Shown here piece by piece: positions 1 through 12,665 of a stretch of DNA of 64,000 nt (position 1 is the first letter of the stretch; every line of letters begins with the position of its first letter). The notes under the pieces are model-generated. The model had not been told where the DNA came from, made no database searches, and saw only the letters and a list, made by a program, of their open reading frames with translations. The stretch is from Eledone cirrhosa (Eukaryota): NCBI GenBank assembly GCA_964016885.1, contig OZ024741.1, positions 360,220,001 through 360,284,000 of the forward strand, read 5' to 3'. The position numbers and the translations under genes were made by a program.

Positions 1-160
1 GAGGCAAGATTGATCGGGTGACCGTGTCTCGCTCGTATAGGACTGTATCTGGCAGGTTTTCTACGACTGATTGCCCTTCTTAACACCAACCACATTTACA
101 GTGTGGACTGGGAGCCTTTTTACCGTTTCTCCTACACAACCACTTTACAGAGAAAGTGGT
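1..160 (-). mobile_element. SINE fragment (family with RTE-like 3' tail)
   Basis: shares 'ttttctac..ctg.atgcccttc.taacaccaaccaca.ttacagtgtggactggg' with copies at 17101, 18760, 38960 and 46590. Confidence 0.7.
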
Positions 161-241
161 GGTGTTGGTGGGAGTGGGAGGATGGAGTAGAGGTGTGGGT
201 TGGAGTGTAATTTAACTAGAAAACAAGTAATAGATATTTAC

Positions 242-391
242 ATGACTGTATATGTTCCGTCTGTAAGGCCCCAATTCTGTAACATGCTGATTGATGTTCC
301 AAACCCGTATAGTGTCATCATTAGAACAAGTGATAAAGGAACCAGGTGGAAGACATGAAGTATTTTTATTTTGCTCTGCAGATGGATATAT
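242..391 (-). CDS. MAPKBP1: WDR62/MAPKBP1-family exon (last in window; gene continues beyond position 1)
   Basis: gttcag|IYPSAEQNKNTSCLPPGSFITCSNDDTIRVWNINQHVTELGPYRRNIYSH|gtaaat; 150 nt, phase 0/0. Confidence 0.92.
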
Positions 392-1189
392 CTGAACATA
401 TAAAAAATATTATGACAAAATTAAAGAGAATAAAAATGTTTAAATATTAACAATAAAAACTGTTAAAACTTGTTTGAACATAATACATCTTAGAAGCATA
501 GACATTATGAAGTGTCTTTACTTATAGCTATGAATTTAGAACTGCAAAAATTTTCATGCATGAATAATTATATTTAGCATGTCTTGTAAAAGAAATGTTT
601 ACATTATGAAAAACAGTGAATATCTATTTTAAACAGGTCGTCATATTTCTCATTAAAGACAATGCCAATAAATTTGAAATCATTTTGAAAATAATCAAGA
701 ATTTGAAGGGATTTAATATTACAACTTTATTATATTAAGCTGGTGTTTAGAATATAATTTAAAGGTTCATATGTAAAATTATGATAGGTTTTTAAATAAA
801 TATAAATACTTTAAAACAAACAATTTTGTCTCATAGAACCATGGGCAGTTTCAGGATGGTAAGTAATAAAAGGGTTAAAAACCAAAATGGAAAATTTGAG
901 GAATGTGGATTTTAGACACCTCCAAAATTTTTATGATGTTGAATCAGATGGATTGTCTACTGACACAGTGAAGTAAGGGTTAAATAAGTTAAGTAGACTG
1001 AAGCAAGCAGAGTTACATATCTTGCTCAGGGGCACAATGCAATCAACATAGAAAAACTTGAACTTATGAATGACTGTGGTTAATAGTAGTCCAACACCTT
1101 AACTTTTTTCATATCAAACTAGCTCAAAATTGCTTCTGGTTCTATGAAACAAAAAACAATCATTTTAAAGGATTTTTATTAAAATTATG

Positions 1190-1540
1190 TGGCAGAAGCA
1201 TAACCAAATGGTTAAGAAGGTCGCTTCACAACCATTAGGTCTTGGGTTCGATCCCACTGTGTGTCAACATGGGCAAGTATCATTTACAATAGCTTCTGGT
1301 CAATCCATGCCTTGAGTGAAATTAGGTAGATGAAAACTGGAAACCCATCAGATGGATTGTACTTGTAATTCAAAAAACTAGCCTTGTCACTCATTGTGTC
1401 AGGCTGAATCTCTGAGAATTGCATTAAGGGTACATGTGTCTGTGGAATGCTCAGCCACTTACATGTTAATTTCATGAGCTGGCTGTCCCATTGATCAAGC
1501 AACTGGAACACTCAGTGTCAAAACCAGCAGAAGCCCATTC
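1190..1540 (+). mobile_element. tRNA-derived SINE
   Basis: degenerate A box (taaccaaatggttaag) and B box (gggttcgatccc); the body recurs inverted at ~22630-22920. Confidence 0.65.
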
Positions 1541-1733
1541 CAATTAAATTAAAATCTTCCAACATAATTTGATATAAGAAACTTACGTTAAGTTATTGTT
1601 AGAAATACCATCTAAATAATGAAATCATAATTTTAGTAAATCCTTCCAAATTCTTCATTAATTAATTGAAATACAGTGAATTACATTGGAAAGATGGTCA
1701 CAGTTATTTTTATGGAAACTAGAATTTCCTTAC

Positions 1734-1847
1734 CTCTAGATCCCAAATACAACCTGAGTGGTATAAGGAAGACCATATTTTACCAACTTTATAAATGTCA
1801 TGAACATCCCAGATATACAAACTGTGATCACTATAGACACAAGTTAT
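1734..1847 (-). CDS. MAPKBP1: WDR62/MAPKBP1-family exon
   Basis: atttcag|[38 protein letters not shown]|gtaagg; 114 nt, phase 0/0. Confidence 0.93.
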
Positions 1848-3638
1848 CTGAAATAAAAAACAGTTTCATAAGAATATTTTACATTTACTGGAATAAACAC
1901 AATCTATATATAACAAATCAATAAAATTAGTCAAAGAAACAAAATATAAAAACAGATGTGCACTTTCAATTATGTGCTACATCAAGGAATGCTGGTATTT
2001 TCCTCTAAAGATATTTGAGGCAAGCCAAAACACTCTTGTATTGCAGTGGGTAATAGTGGGGCTAAGGTGCTGGAATAACCAAGTAACCTCATGAGCATCA
2101 CCTGATATTTCAATAAGGTAATCTACAAACTGTGTGTATATCTCTGTGTGTGTGTGTTTGTCTGTCTGGAACATTAGTTTGAAGATCATATAAGACAGAT
2201 GTTATCTCAATTCACAGAATCTCTATAATGAAACTGAAACAATCCACATTTTCAGTAAATAAATTGTTTATCAATATGGAAGTATTTCAAAATTTTAATC
2301 CTTCGTTACCAACCCGGCCAAAACCCGTTCTGGTTCTATAAAATAAAACTCCCCATTTTAAAGGTTTTCAATTGAAATAAAAATTTTCCAACATAATTTT
2401 ATATAAGAACCTTTCATTAAGTCTTAGTAATGAAATAATTTTAGTAAATCACTCAAAATTCATTAACTAATTAAAATAGAATATATTTCATTAGAAATGC
2501 AGTGATGAAAGGGTTAAATAATGGCTAACCAGAAGAAAAATAGATATTTTAAATCTATACCTCAAGTTCAATTTTTAGTAAATTTTTAAAGTAACAAAAG
2601 GATTAATCTGTACAAATAACATTTTATGCTTTTACTGTTATTTGAACCTAAAATAATAATGTTAAAAACAATACTTTAAAATTCCCCCTTTGTCGGTTGC
2701 TGTATTATGGTAAAGATGTAAACTGAAGTTTACTGAACAAAACAGGTTGGGAGTACATTCACTTTCGAAAAGTTGCCACTGGGTAAATGGGATAAATGCT
2801 CCAGCTCAATTTTCATCCCTTTGATATGAAATCCCTGGTTTTATGATTCAAAGCTATATACATTTTTCAAGAATTTAGATTTATGGAAAAACTCTCCATC
2901 ATTGTTTCATGTAAGAAGCTTTATTTGGTACAAGGCCAACAATTTGGGGGAAAGGGTAAGGCAATTATAGTAACTCCAGTACTTAACTGGTTCATTATTT
3001 CATTGGCCCCAGAAGGATGAAAGACAAAGTTGACATCAGTGGGATTTAAAATCAGAATGTAGAAAGTCGTAACTAAATGTCGCAAAGTATTTTGTCTGAC
3101 ACTCTACCAATACTACCATTTCACTGTTCTACACCAGCTTAATAAGAGAACATTAGCTATATTACTAAACTCCTCCAAATTCTTGATTATTTTCAAAATT
3201 ATTTGAAATACCATAGGCATTAGAATATGATATTAAAAGGGTTAAATATATTTTGAGAGAAAGAATGGCATAAAATAAGTCTAAAGAAGAAAAAAATGAT
3301 GACAGAAATGGTAAGAAACTAATGCAGGTATAATAGAATATACAACAGATGGAATTATGTATTGGAATTAAAAAGGTAATATTCAGAGTCATTATCAAAT
3401 TACAGAAATGTAGAGTGCTAGATACACTGTAAATCTAGGTCACATCTTCAAATTTTGTTTACAAGTAAGAATCAATAGCTATCACACAGCAGCAGGTGCC
3501 TCCTAACTAATCCTGTCATTATCTCAACAATCAATGAAATGAGTGGAGAAAAGCAAGTAGATTGACTTACAACTGGCATGAAGAGTTTTACTGAGAAAAT
3601 AGATGGATTTCGGGTTAGTTCAAGAAATACTTCTAGGA

Positions 3639-3928
3639 CAGGGGTGAGCAACATATTCCATTAGTGGGCCACTTTTGAACATTGGAACAACTATTAGGGC
3701 CATTAATATTTAATAAGCACTATTCCAAAGATTCACCACAACTTCTTTCATTAACATGGAACTAGGAAATTATAACACACATAACCCTATCAGTGAAGCC
3801 CTTTAGTATAGGTCAACTAACAGAAAATTGTATTATGGTTACAAAAAAATTTCTAAATAAACCTACAAGGTCCATTCTAGTCTGGCAGGCCAGATTGTGG
3901 CCCATGGGCCGCCTGTTGCACACCCCTG
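3639..3928. mobile_element. hAT (Charlie-like) MITE
   Basis: TIRs caggggtgagcaac / gttgcacacccctg; perfect 8-bp TSD TTCTAGGA at 3631-3638 and 3929-3936. Confidence 0.85.
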
Positions 3929-4088
3929 TTCTAGGAGAAAAATATATGAAATACAAACTATTGGTTCCAGTTAAAGTTTGCCTGAAGCCCAGAGACTCAT
4001 TAGGTTAGAACATATCCTGATTTCATTGGTGTTAAGAGACTAAGTGGACAAGACTTAGTTCTGGACAGAATGCCAGTCCATTATAGGT

Positions 4089-4302
4089 TTAACCCTTTAG
4101 CATTTGAACTGGCCATATCTGGCCAGAATTCTCTCACCTCTTTCTGTTCACACCAGCTGCACATACTTATGTTAAGGTATTGTTCTCAAAATAAATAATA
4201 TCAAAATCTTGTAGATTTGATGTGAGATAATTATGTGAAATAAAGTGTTTACCATGAAAATACAATAGTAAATATAGAGTAATGTAAATGCTAAAGGGTT
4301 AA
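4089..4302. mobile_element. piggyBac-like MITE (~210 bp)
   Basis: TTAA|ccctttagcattt ... aaatgctaaaggg|TTAA; same family at 36896, 40637, 41377, 54496, 59355 and ~62600. Confidence 0.8.
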
Positions 4303-5689
4303 CACCCAGCTGCTGTTAGTACCCTTTTTTTCAGTGGACTCAATTTCACCTCTCTAGATATCAATCAACACTCCTATCAATTGTCTATATTAAATATATA
4401 AAAATTAACATAACCTAGTTTTTTTTTTCCTTTTTTAAGTAGATAGACTTTATCAATTATTTAATCTTTAAACAATGCCATTTTCCTATGCCAACATAAT
4501 ACATACATTTTCTGTTTTTTAACTGTTTTGTTGGAATAGGTAAAAACGAAGAGCAGCACCCAAGACCCTTTGCTTTTACAGGCCTCCTCAAGGGGAATTT
4601 GTTAGACAAAAACTGTAAAGAAGCTTGTTGTGTGTGTGATAATTTAATATCTATTTTTCTATGCTGGCATGGGTTGGATGGAATGTCACAGACCAAGTTA
4701 GTTGTTAATCTGTTCTCTCAGATGGGCCCAGAGCCAAGTCTCGCTGACATATGTTCCAGTTTTGACATGGTTTATACAGCTGGATGCCACTCCTATCACT
4801 GAACAATTTACAGAGTGTATTAAATGTACTAACACTATCGAGATTATCACATCCTTGGCACAACTGATGAGGCCTCATAAACCCTTTGTTTAGTATGGTT
4901 TCTGCAGCTGGATGCTCTTCTTAACACCAAACTGTTTACAGTGGATGTGTGTGCACGTGCGCATACATATATATATATATATGTGTGTCAGTTTCGTGCA
5001 CATCATATCAACAGTATTTTAAAAGCAAGGAGCGACATTTGTTTATGTCCTTCATAAACAATATGTCCAACAGTGTAGCAGCTCGATAAATATCAGCAGT
5101 ATATACCATACTTAAAATATGGGTTTTCATCTGGAAGAGCATCTGGCCAAAGAAAAACTGCTTGGAAAAACCTCATCCAATTCATGCAAACATGGAGATA
5201 GTAGATGGAGGAACAATGAGAAATGAGGATAATGGTTTCAAATTTTTGGGACAGCCTACAATCAACTTGATCTTTCAACCATTCCAGCTATATAAATACA
5301 ATTGTATCCCTTGCAACTAGTGCATTGGCCTATACTTTAGATGGGAAATAATGATTTCGAACATTGGCACAAGACAACAAATTTTGACAGGAGAAATGTA
5401 GTCAATTGACTCCAGTATTTGAACTAAAAACAGAGGGATGTAACTAAATACTACAAAGTATTTTGTCGACCATTCTACCAAATGAAGTTTTGGGAAGGAG
5501 TAAAGTCAAATATGTCGACCCCAGTAGTTGGATGGTATTTTATTTGATCAATCGTATAAAGATAAAAGGCCAAGTTGGTTTCAGTAGGAGTTGAATTCAG
5601 AATATAAAGAGGAGGAACAATTTCTGCAAAGTATTTTGTCTGATACTCTTTATAAATTTGTCAATCCAACCATATCACATATGTGATAA

Positions 5690-5905
5690 TAATGGTTCCT
5701 GATTTAGGCACAAGGCCAACAATTTCTGGGAGGGAGGAAGTTGATTAAATCAACCTCATTGCATTACTGGTACTTTATTTTACTGACCTCATAAGGATAA
5801 AAGGCAAAGCTAACCATGGCGGGATTTGAAAACTAGAACGTAAAGGACCATAAGTATGCCATGAAGCATGGTATCCAATGCTCTACTGATAGTGCCAGTC
5901 CACTG
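5690..5905 (-). mobile_element. tRNA-derived SINE (second family)
   Basis: reverse complement of the element at 24586; further copies at ~2925, 5355, 12940, 35500, 47165, 53290 and 58650. Confidence 0.7.
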
Positions 5906-5940
5906 CCCTCATATGTGAAAATAATACAAACAGTTCTTAC

Positions 5941-6013
5941 CTTTTTGTTAAGATCATCGTAAGTTAAGGCCATAGAATCAGGATAAAGAGCGTCTGTCTT
6001 TGGACATACTTGA
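5941..6013 (-). CDS. MAPKBP1: WDR62/MAPKBP1-family exon
   Basis: atttcag|(S)QVCPKTDALYPDSMALTYDDLNKK|gtaaga; 73 nt, phase 2/0, complementing the upstream exon; 'YPD..AL..D' motif. Confidence 0.88.
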
Positions 6014-6121
6014 CTGAAATTCAAAATGACATTGAGTCAATTTTGTTTTGTTTTGTTTTGTTTTATTTTTAATATGTTAACCTATCATTTCTCTCATATA
6101 TATATATATATATACATATGA

Positions 6122-6802
6122 CTAGCAGAGGTACCTGGCTTTGCTCGGGAGAATAGTTAAGAGAAGATGGATAAAAGAGAAAACGACTGCATTGGATGTG
6201 TTATCTGGTATGAGTTGAAACTGTAATGTGTGTCTGAGTGTGTGTGAGAGAGACATAAAAAATAATAATCATAAAACATCCTTATTAAGCTGGGGGACTA
6301 AACTGCCAATTAAATGGTAGCATTGGCCTTGGATTTTAAATGTGAAATAACCATAGTCAGTATGATCTTTTTCAGTTCCAAAGGACATCATCTGAAACAC
6401 AGCAATATACCACATAACATTACTTCCAAAGTGTTTAGCTTCGTTAGTACAGTCTGTAACTAGTATATGGATAAAAGCTGGAGCGTAGATTAATTTCAAA
6501 TAGTATCAATTTTTCTTTGTTCTGTAAAATCAAAGACTGTAAAACGACTTTATAAAAGCTAATACAATATTGTTAAACCTTCCTATAGATCAAAGGATCT
6601 ATAGTTTAAGCCAATTCTAGACTTTTGTGGGACGTCACTCTCTCTCTCTGAATATCTAACACTTTAATTGCATCTCTCTCTTTCTGCCTCTCCCTCTGTG
6701 CCTCTCTCTCTTTAGATGTGTGTATATATTTGTGTGCAGTTTTCGTGTGATTCAACCAGCCAACCAGCAAACCAATAACATCTCTTTTATATTACATATA
6801 GA
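6122..6802 (-). mobile_element. internally deleted Helitron with RepHel N-terminal fragment
   Basis: 5' A|TCTATAT, 3' hairpin cccgagcaaagccagg + CTAG|T; fragment 'AVFQMMSFG...FTFKIQGQCYHLIGSL' matches the conserved Helitron 'F.MTSFG...FKIQGQVYH.IGSL' motif. Confidence 0.8.
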
Positions 6803-6806
6803 TATA

Positions 6807-7850
6807 TCTATCTATATATATAAAGTTGTAGTTCCTGTATGTTTGTTTGTTCATGAACTGCTCCTATGGTTTTGGATATAGACCCCCATAACCATATATA
6901 TATATTCTGAAACTACATTGCCCAGGGTTCTTGGATAAGTATATTTCATTTTAATTAAAGGGTTCCCCGGGGGCACAAACCCCTGCTGAAAATTTGTTCC
7001 CTTCGATTTATATGAAATTTAAACCATAGGTAAATGACAAGATATGATGCTTCTTCACAAAATTTCAGCAAATTTCAATAATATTAAGATAACCCTAATG
7101 GGGATTTAAACCCCCTATAGTGAAAATTTTGGCCAATAAATGGAACAAGATGTGTTGTAACAAGATTGCATGAGAACTTGATTGAAGCAACCATTATATT
7201 CGAGGCTTACAAAGGTCAAGCTCTTCTCATTCCGGGGATTCCACTTATACCAAGTGATAGCGAGTTGCCTTTTACATTTAAGAGGCTGCAGTTCCCAGTG
7301 AGGCCATGCTTTGCCATGAGCATCAATAAGAGTCAAGGTCAAACTTTCAAAACTATTGGTATAGATCTGACAAACCCATGTTTCAGTCATGGCAGGTTTT
7401 ATGTGGCTGTTTCAAAGACTGGAACTTCAAAAAAATCTCTACATTTTAGCCAATCAAAGAAAGACAAGAAATGTTGTTTACCTGAAGTTCTTCATTAGGA
7501 CAAAGTATGAAATATATTTTCATGTATTTATTATATTAAAAAATAAATAATTAAACTTTGAATTTCTAATTTGAAAATAATGCTTTACACAAAAATGAAA
7601 TGATCAAGTTTTGAATTGATATTTTTTAAAAAATTATTTACAAGAAACAAAATAAGAATAAGATTTAAGAATGTAATTTTGATTTGATATATTACAAAAA
7701 ATAATGTTTTCCAATTTTTCATGCATTACATTTTACAATGAGTAATGCAGAGTTGATCTCCATAAATTATATCACTGATTTAAAATCAATCATCATTTTC
7801 TTACAAAAAAAAATGTGTGAAACGTAGCAAGACACAGGTAATTCAGCTAG
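6807..7850 (+). mobile_element. internally deleted Helitron with PIF1 helicase C-terminal fragment
   Basis: 5' A|TCTATCTATATATATAAAG, 3' degenerate hairpin + CTAG|T at 7847-7850; contains ORF 7166-7498. Confidence 0.85.
7166..7498 (+). pseudogene. Helitron PIF1-like helicase C-terminal fragment
   Basis: LPFTFKRLQFPVRPCFAMSINKSQGQT...FSHGRFYVAVS are PIF1 helicase motifs V/VI. Confidence 0.9.
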
Positions 7851-8109
7851 TATAAATATAAAAGCATATATAAAGTATATATTAAAAAATGTAAAGCAGT
7901 TTCTACAGTGATAGAGTCTACACGTTACGATATATTATGTGAAGGTGTTCAAATGTTTAGGGCATCAGACTAAGTCATAAGGTTGTGGGTTCAATTCCTG
8001 AACCGACATTGCTTTCTTGAACAAGATATTTCATTACATGTTGCATTTCATGATTATACTATAGAAGGAGAATAACAGTGAAAGAACTGAAAATGAGTTC
8101 AAACATTAC

Positions 8110-8270
8110 CTGATATTGACAGCTGCTGAAACATCTACACCAAGGGGGTGAGGTTTGGGAAGAGAAGCCACAAAATGAAGATTTTGAGCATCAAACACTC
8201 GAATCACACCATTAGCACAACCAATAAATACATACTCTTCTCCAACAGCCATACCAGTTGCATTCTTAGC
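8110..8270 (-). CDS. MAPKBP1: WDR62/MAPKBP1-family exon
   Basis: tttcag|AKNATGMAVGEEYVFIGCANGVIRVFDAQNLHFVASLPKPHPLGVDVSAAVNI(S)|gtaatg; 161 nt, phase 0/2. Confidence 0.92.
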
Positions 8271-8561
8271 CTGAAAGAAATAATGTAAAAAAAAAAATCG
8301 TTGTGAATAAATAATTAAAAATAAATATTTAGCACTTTTATTAATTCCCAGTTGAATTCAAATGTCCAATAAGGATAAAAAAGAATGTAGAAATCTTTAT
8401 TCATGAATAACAAAAAAAAAAAAATAAAGTAGGAGGAATGAAGAGGGGGTCAAACTACACCCTTTCCTGGAGTATATCTCAGCTGTACCTCATAAACAAG
8501 ATGGCAAAAATGTTTCCATGGAAAACATCCAGAGATACCTGCTGTGTCAGTCATTCCACCT

Positions 8562-8819
8562 TGTGGGTATGGTGTGGTGTGCGGTGGCCGGAAGTTGGGG
8601 AGTGCTCGACCGGAAGGGTGAATGGCTAGAAGGGTGCTCGACCGGAAGGGCCAGCAGGTCGGCCTCTCTCTAGCGGTGATGAGGAACGTGGTGGACGCGA
8701 GTTTGGCAGCTCTCGGTGTTAATGAGTTGGATCGTACGCACGTGGAAGAGGAGAAACCAGCCATGGGATTTAGCGGCGCCTATGAAAAGCGCTAAGTGAG
8801 ATAGTTTTTTCTAACCACA
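8562..8819 (+). repeat. 5' LTR
   Basis: tgtgg...ccaca; roughly 94-95% identical to the 3' LTR plus an extra ~16-bp 'gaagggtgctcgaccg' unit. Confidence 0.93.
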
Positions 8820-8952
8820 AGCTATTTTGGCACTGGAAACTGAGATCTGATAAAAAAAAAAATAAAAAAAACTTTCTCGAAAACAAAGCTACTGGAAAAA
8901 CAGAGAGGAGTCTGTTGTTTTTTTTAAATTATGTACCGCAAGACAAATTAGG

Positions 8953-9645
8953 ATGGCAATGAGACTACGAACGAGCGAAGCGATTAGGGCATTTACCGGT
9001 GAAGGCGATGTTGTCGCTTGGCTGCGAAAAGTCCGGCTGGTCGCAAGCTTGCAGAAGATTGAAGATGTGGCTGGCCTCATGGCACTGTACCTCGAGGGGG
9101 ACGCGTTGGTACTCTTACTTGAAATGGATGAACACAGCCAAAGGGATGCGCAGAAGATCGAGAGGTGCATGTGGAAGCGTTCTCGGAGGGACCGTTAGCC
9201 GCTTTTGCTAAGCTGACAAGAATTAGATGGAACGGTGAACGCGTTGACATTTTCGCAGTGGAAATACGGCGACTGGCTATGTTGGCTGGATATCAGGTGG
9301 AATGCGAACACACGGTGCAGTTGGCGTTCATAAATGGATTTCCAGACGACATAGCGGTAAAACTGCAGCAAGTCCCGGGTTACAAGGAAATGGAGATGCG
9401 TGCACTGGTGGAGCAAGCCGGCATCATAGCAGAAGATGCCAAGAAGAGTGTCACGGCAATGGCAACTACAGAGGCCCAAGGCAGCCGGCAGCGAAATGGT
9501 GAAAGGGAGGCAACCAGGGCCCGCACATGGCGAGAGACTGTAGAGAGTCAAGGCCGGAAATAATATGCTACCGGTGTAAGCGACCAGGCCACATCGCTAC
9601 TAACTGCGACCAGGGAAACGATCCAAGGGGAACTACTGCGCCGGT
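8953..9645 (+). pseudogene. gag (frameshifted) with degenerate zinc knuckle
   Basis: ORFs 8953-9198 and 9165-9563 in different frames; 'CYRCKRPGHIATNC' CCHC knuckle at ~9566-9608. Confidence 0.75.
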
Positions 9646-9647
9646 AA

Positions 9648-12412
9648 TTGCCCCTTATGAGTAGAGGCGCTGCCCGTGGTGGAAGTCTTCGTGAGGGAAA
9701 GCCACAGCGAGCCCTCGTGGACATGGGCTGTACGACGACACTGGTGACCGCGGGGGTGGCGCAGAGGTGGAGAGGGAAGAGCAGCATAAGGGCAGTCGAC
9801 GGTAGGAAAATTGAATGCCAAGGGTGCAGCGAGGTGGAGATGGCGGTACGGGAAAGGAAATAAGGTTTCTGCCATCGTAGTCGACAACATGGTGGATGGG
9901 ATCGGTCTAGTTATGGGCATGGACGCAATTGGCCGTCTAGGAGGCGTCACAGTGAACAACGTTGGTGTGTCGTTTGGCGCCGCTGCATCGGTATGCGCTG
10001 TGAGTATGCGACAGGAGAACCAGAAGGCCCACGAGGAGAAATACCCCGCTTACACTGTGCAGGACAAAGACTTCAAGACCATGTTCGATGGACAACGATG
10101 GGTTGTTGAGTGGTACTGGAAGGGAGAACCACCAACACTGAAGACCAAAGTGGGCTGCTACCAACACACATTGAAGGGAGACATTAGGAGCGAGTTCGAG
10201 CGAGAGGTAGAGAGATGGATTGAGGAGGGCATACTGCTTCCCTGGAAAGAGGAGGTGAAGTGCAGAGTATTGCCGTTAATGGCGGTGGCGCAACCCACGA
10301 AGAACAAAGTGAGGCCGGTACTGGACTTTCGGTAGCTGAATGAGCACGTGAGTGAGTGAAGACGCATGACAGGGGCTTCCGCAATCGTCGATCTAAAGTC
10401 GGCATACTTACAATTACACATAGATGAGAAGCTCTGGCAGTATCAGCTGGTCAGGTATAAGGGCCGGACATATTGCCTGACCAGGCTCGGTTTCGGGCTG
10501 CGCTCCGCACCGAAGATCATGGCGGCGGTCCTCAAGACGTTTCTGGGAAAGGCCAACAAGATAAAGAGGGCCACTAATTCCTACATTGACGACATCCTAG
10601 TGGACGAGTCTGTAGTGTTGGCGGTGGAGGTCACAAGCCATTTACAGGGGTATGGACTGGCTGCGAAGCCGTCAGAAGCGTTGGAGAGAGGAGCCACGCT
10701 GGGATTTTGGCTATGGCGAGACAGGACGGACGTGTTAGTATTCCAGAGGGGAAATGAAGTTCCAGAACTGGGCCCAAGTATGAGTAGGCGGGAGCTTTTC
10801 TCGGTTTGTGGAAAGTTGGTGGGTCACTACCCGATTGCTGGGTAGCTCCGGACGGCATGCAGCTATGTGAAGAGACGAGCGGGAGGGGTCACTTGGAGTG
10901 ACAGAGTGGGAGAGAAGACGGTGGCCATGATGCAGGAGATCGTGGAGAGGGTGAAGGCCGACGACCCAGTGCGGGGACGCTGGTATGTTCCCAAATCGCA
11001 GAGCGGGACCGTATGGTGTGATGCCAGCAGCATAGCGCTGGGTGTCATGTTGGAGATAGGTGTTGAGGTCGAGGATGCAGCCTGGCTTAGGAAGAAGGAC
11101 GACTGCAACCACATCAATGTGGCCGAACTGGACGCGGTGTTGAGAGGGGTGAACCTCGCCCTGAGGTGGGGACTGCGCACCATCGAGATACGCACCGACT
11201 TGGCTACTGTACTCGGATGGGTGAGATCAGTGCTCATCAGTGAGAAGAGAGTGCGAACAAGAGGGGCGGCAGAGATCCTGATAAAGCGCCACCTGGGAAC
11301 TTTAGGAGAACTGGCCACCAAGTTCGACCTGAGGCTGAGCGTAGTCTTCGTGCCCTCTGAGAAAAATAGGGCGGACGTTTTAACCAGGGTGAAGAAAGCC
11401 TGGATGGAAGCGCCGGAGGAAGTAGAAGAGGAGATAGCTGCCGTGTGTCGGCTGACCGAGTCGGATCGGAAAGGGTTGCATGACATGCACCACATGGGAG
11501 TGGATAGGACTGTTCCTAGCCAGGAGAATCAACTCGGACGTTGACAGACACAGTGTTCAAAGGGTGGTTAGAAGCTGCATCCGATGTCAGTCCATTGATC
11601 TCGCCCCGGGTGTGCATGAAACAAGAAGCCTCCCGGTGGATTGCGACTCGAAGTGATTGGCGGTGGATGTCACACACTACCGACAGGGAACGTACCTCTC
11701 GATGGTCGACTGTGGACCAGGACGGATGGCGATATGGAGGGAGATGAAGACTGGAATGGCCGAGGAAATTATGCAGACGTTGAGAGAGGTGTTCTTGGAG
11801 CGGGGCCCTGTGGACGAACTGCTGATGGACAACAGCGCAGCGTTCCGCTCGGAGGCACTGAGAGAGATGCTCGATGGATGGAAGGTGGACCGTTTCTTCA
11901 GAGCAGCGTTCAGGCCGAGCGGAAATGGAATCATGGAGCGACACCACCGGACGATCAAGGCAATGGCGGAGCGGGGCCATATCTCACCAATGGAGGCAGT
12001 GTTCTGGTACATGTCCCCTCGAGTGGGACAGGTTGAGGAATCGGTGTCACACAGAGCAGTATTCAGATACGAGTGGCGGCACCCGTCCACACCACCACAA
12101 CGGCCAGTGGGAAGAGAGAATGCATTCGTGCAGGTGGGCGAAGAAGTCTGGGTTAAGCCCCCAGATGCACGTTGCACATCTCAATGGGGAAGGGGAACGG
12201 TGACGGCCATAAATTCCCAGAACAATGTGTCCGTGGACGGAGTACCACGTCATGTCCTGGATGTCCATAGAATCACTGTGTCTACGGACTCCGAGGAAGA
12301 GGAAACCCAAAGTGCCGCCCCAACACTGCAGAGATTGCAAAGAAGTCGCAAACCACCAACCTGGACAGCAGACTTTCATATGCAGAAGGACGAGGGGGAA
12401 ATTGATCCTTGA
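9648..12412 (+). pseudogene. pol: aspartic protease, reverse transcriptase, RNase H, integrase (stops and frameshifts)
   Basis: ALVDMGCTTT (PR); RPVLDFR, DLKSAYLQ, LGFGL.SAP, YIDD (RT); WCDASS, HINVAELDAV (RH); VDVTHY, DNSAAF, GNGIMERHHRTIK (IN DDE). Confidence 0.92.
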
Positions 12413-12425
12413 GATCAGGGGGGCG

Positions 12426-12665
12426 TGTGGGTATGGTGTGGTGTGCGGTGGCCGGAAGCGGGGGAGTGCTCGACCGGAAGGGTGCTTGGCCGGAAGGGCC
12501 AGCAGGTCAGCCTCTCTAGCGGTGATGAGGAACGTGGTGGACGCGAGTTTGGCAGCTCCCGGTGTTAATGAGTTGGATCATACGCTCGTGGAAGAGGAGA
12601 AACCAGCCATGGGATTTAGCGGCACCTATGAAAAGCGGTATGTGAGATAGCTTTTTCTAACCACA
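12426..12665 (+). repeat. 3' LTR
   Basis: direct repeat of 8562-8819, followed by TSD CACCT. Confidence 0.93.

Larger units (their letters stand above)
8562..12665 (+). mobile_element. full-length decayed Gypsy-type LTR retrotransposon (4.1 kb)
   Basis: TG...CA LTRs 8562-8819 and 12426-12665; 5-bp TSD CACCT at 8557-8561 and 12666-12670; purine-rich tract before the 3' LTR; domain order gag-PR-RT-RH-IN. Confidence 0.95.

Noticed and set aside
1977-2189. 70-aa minus-strand ORF between two host exons
   Set aside because: No WD40 similarity; the host exon chain 5941 to 1847 is already contiguous and in phase
9195-12379. Many minus-strand ORFs over the LTR element
   Set aside because: Antisense shadows of GC-rich pol with no recognisable motifs
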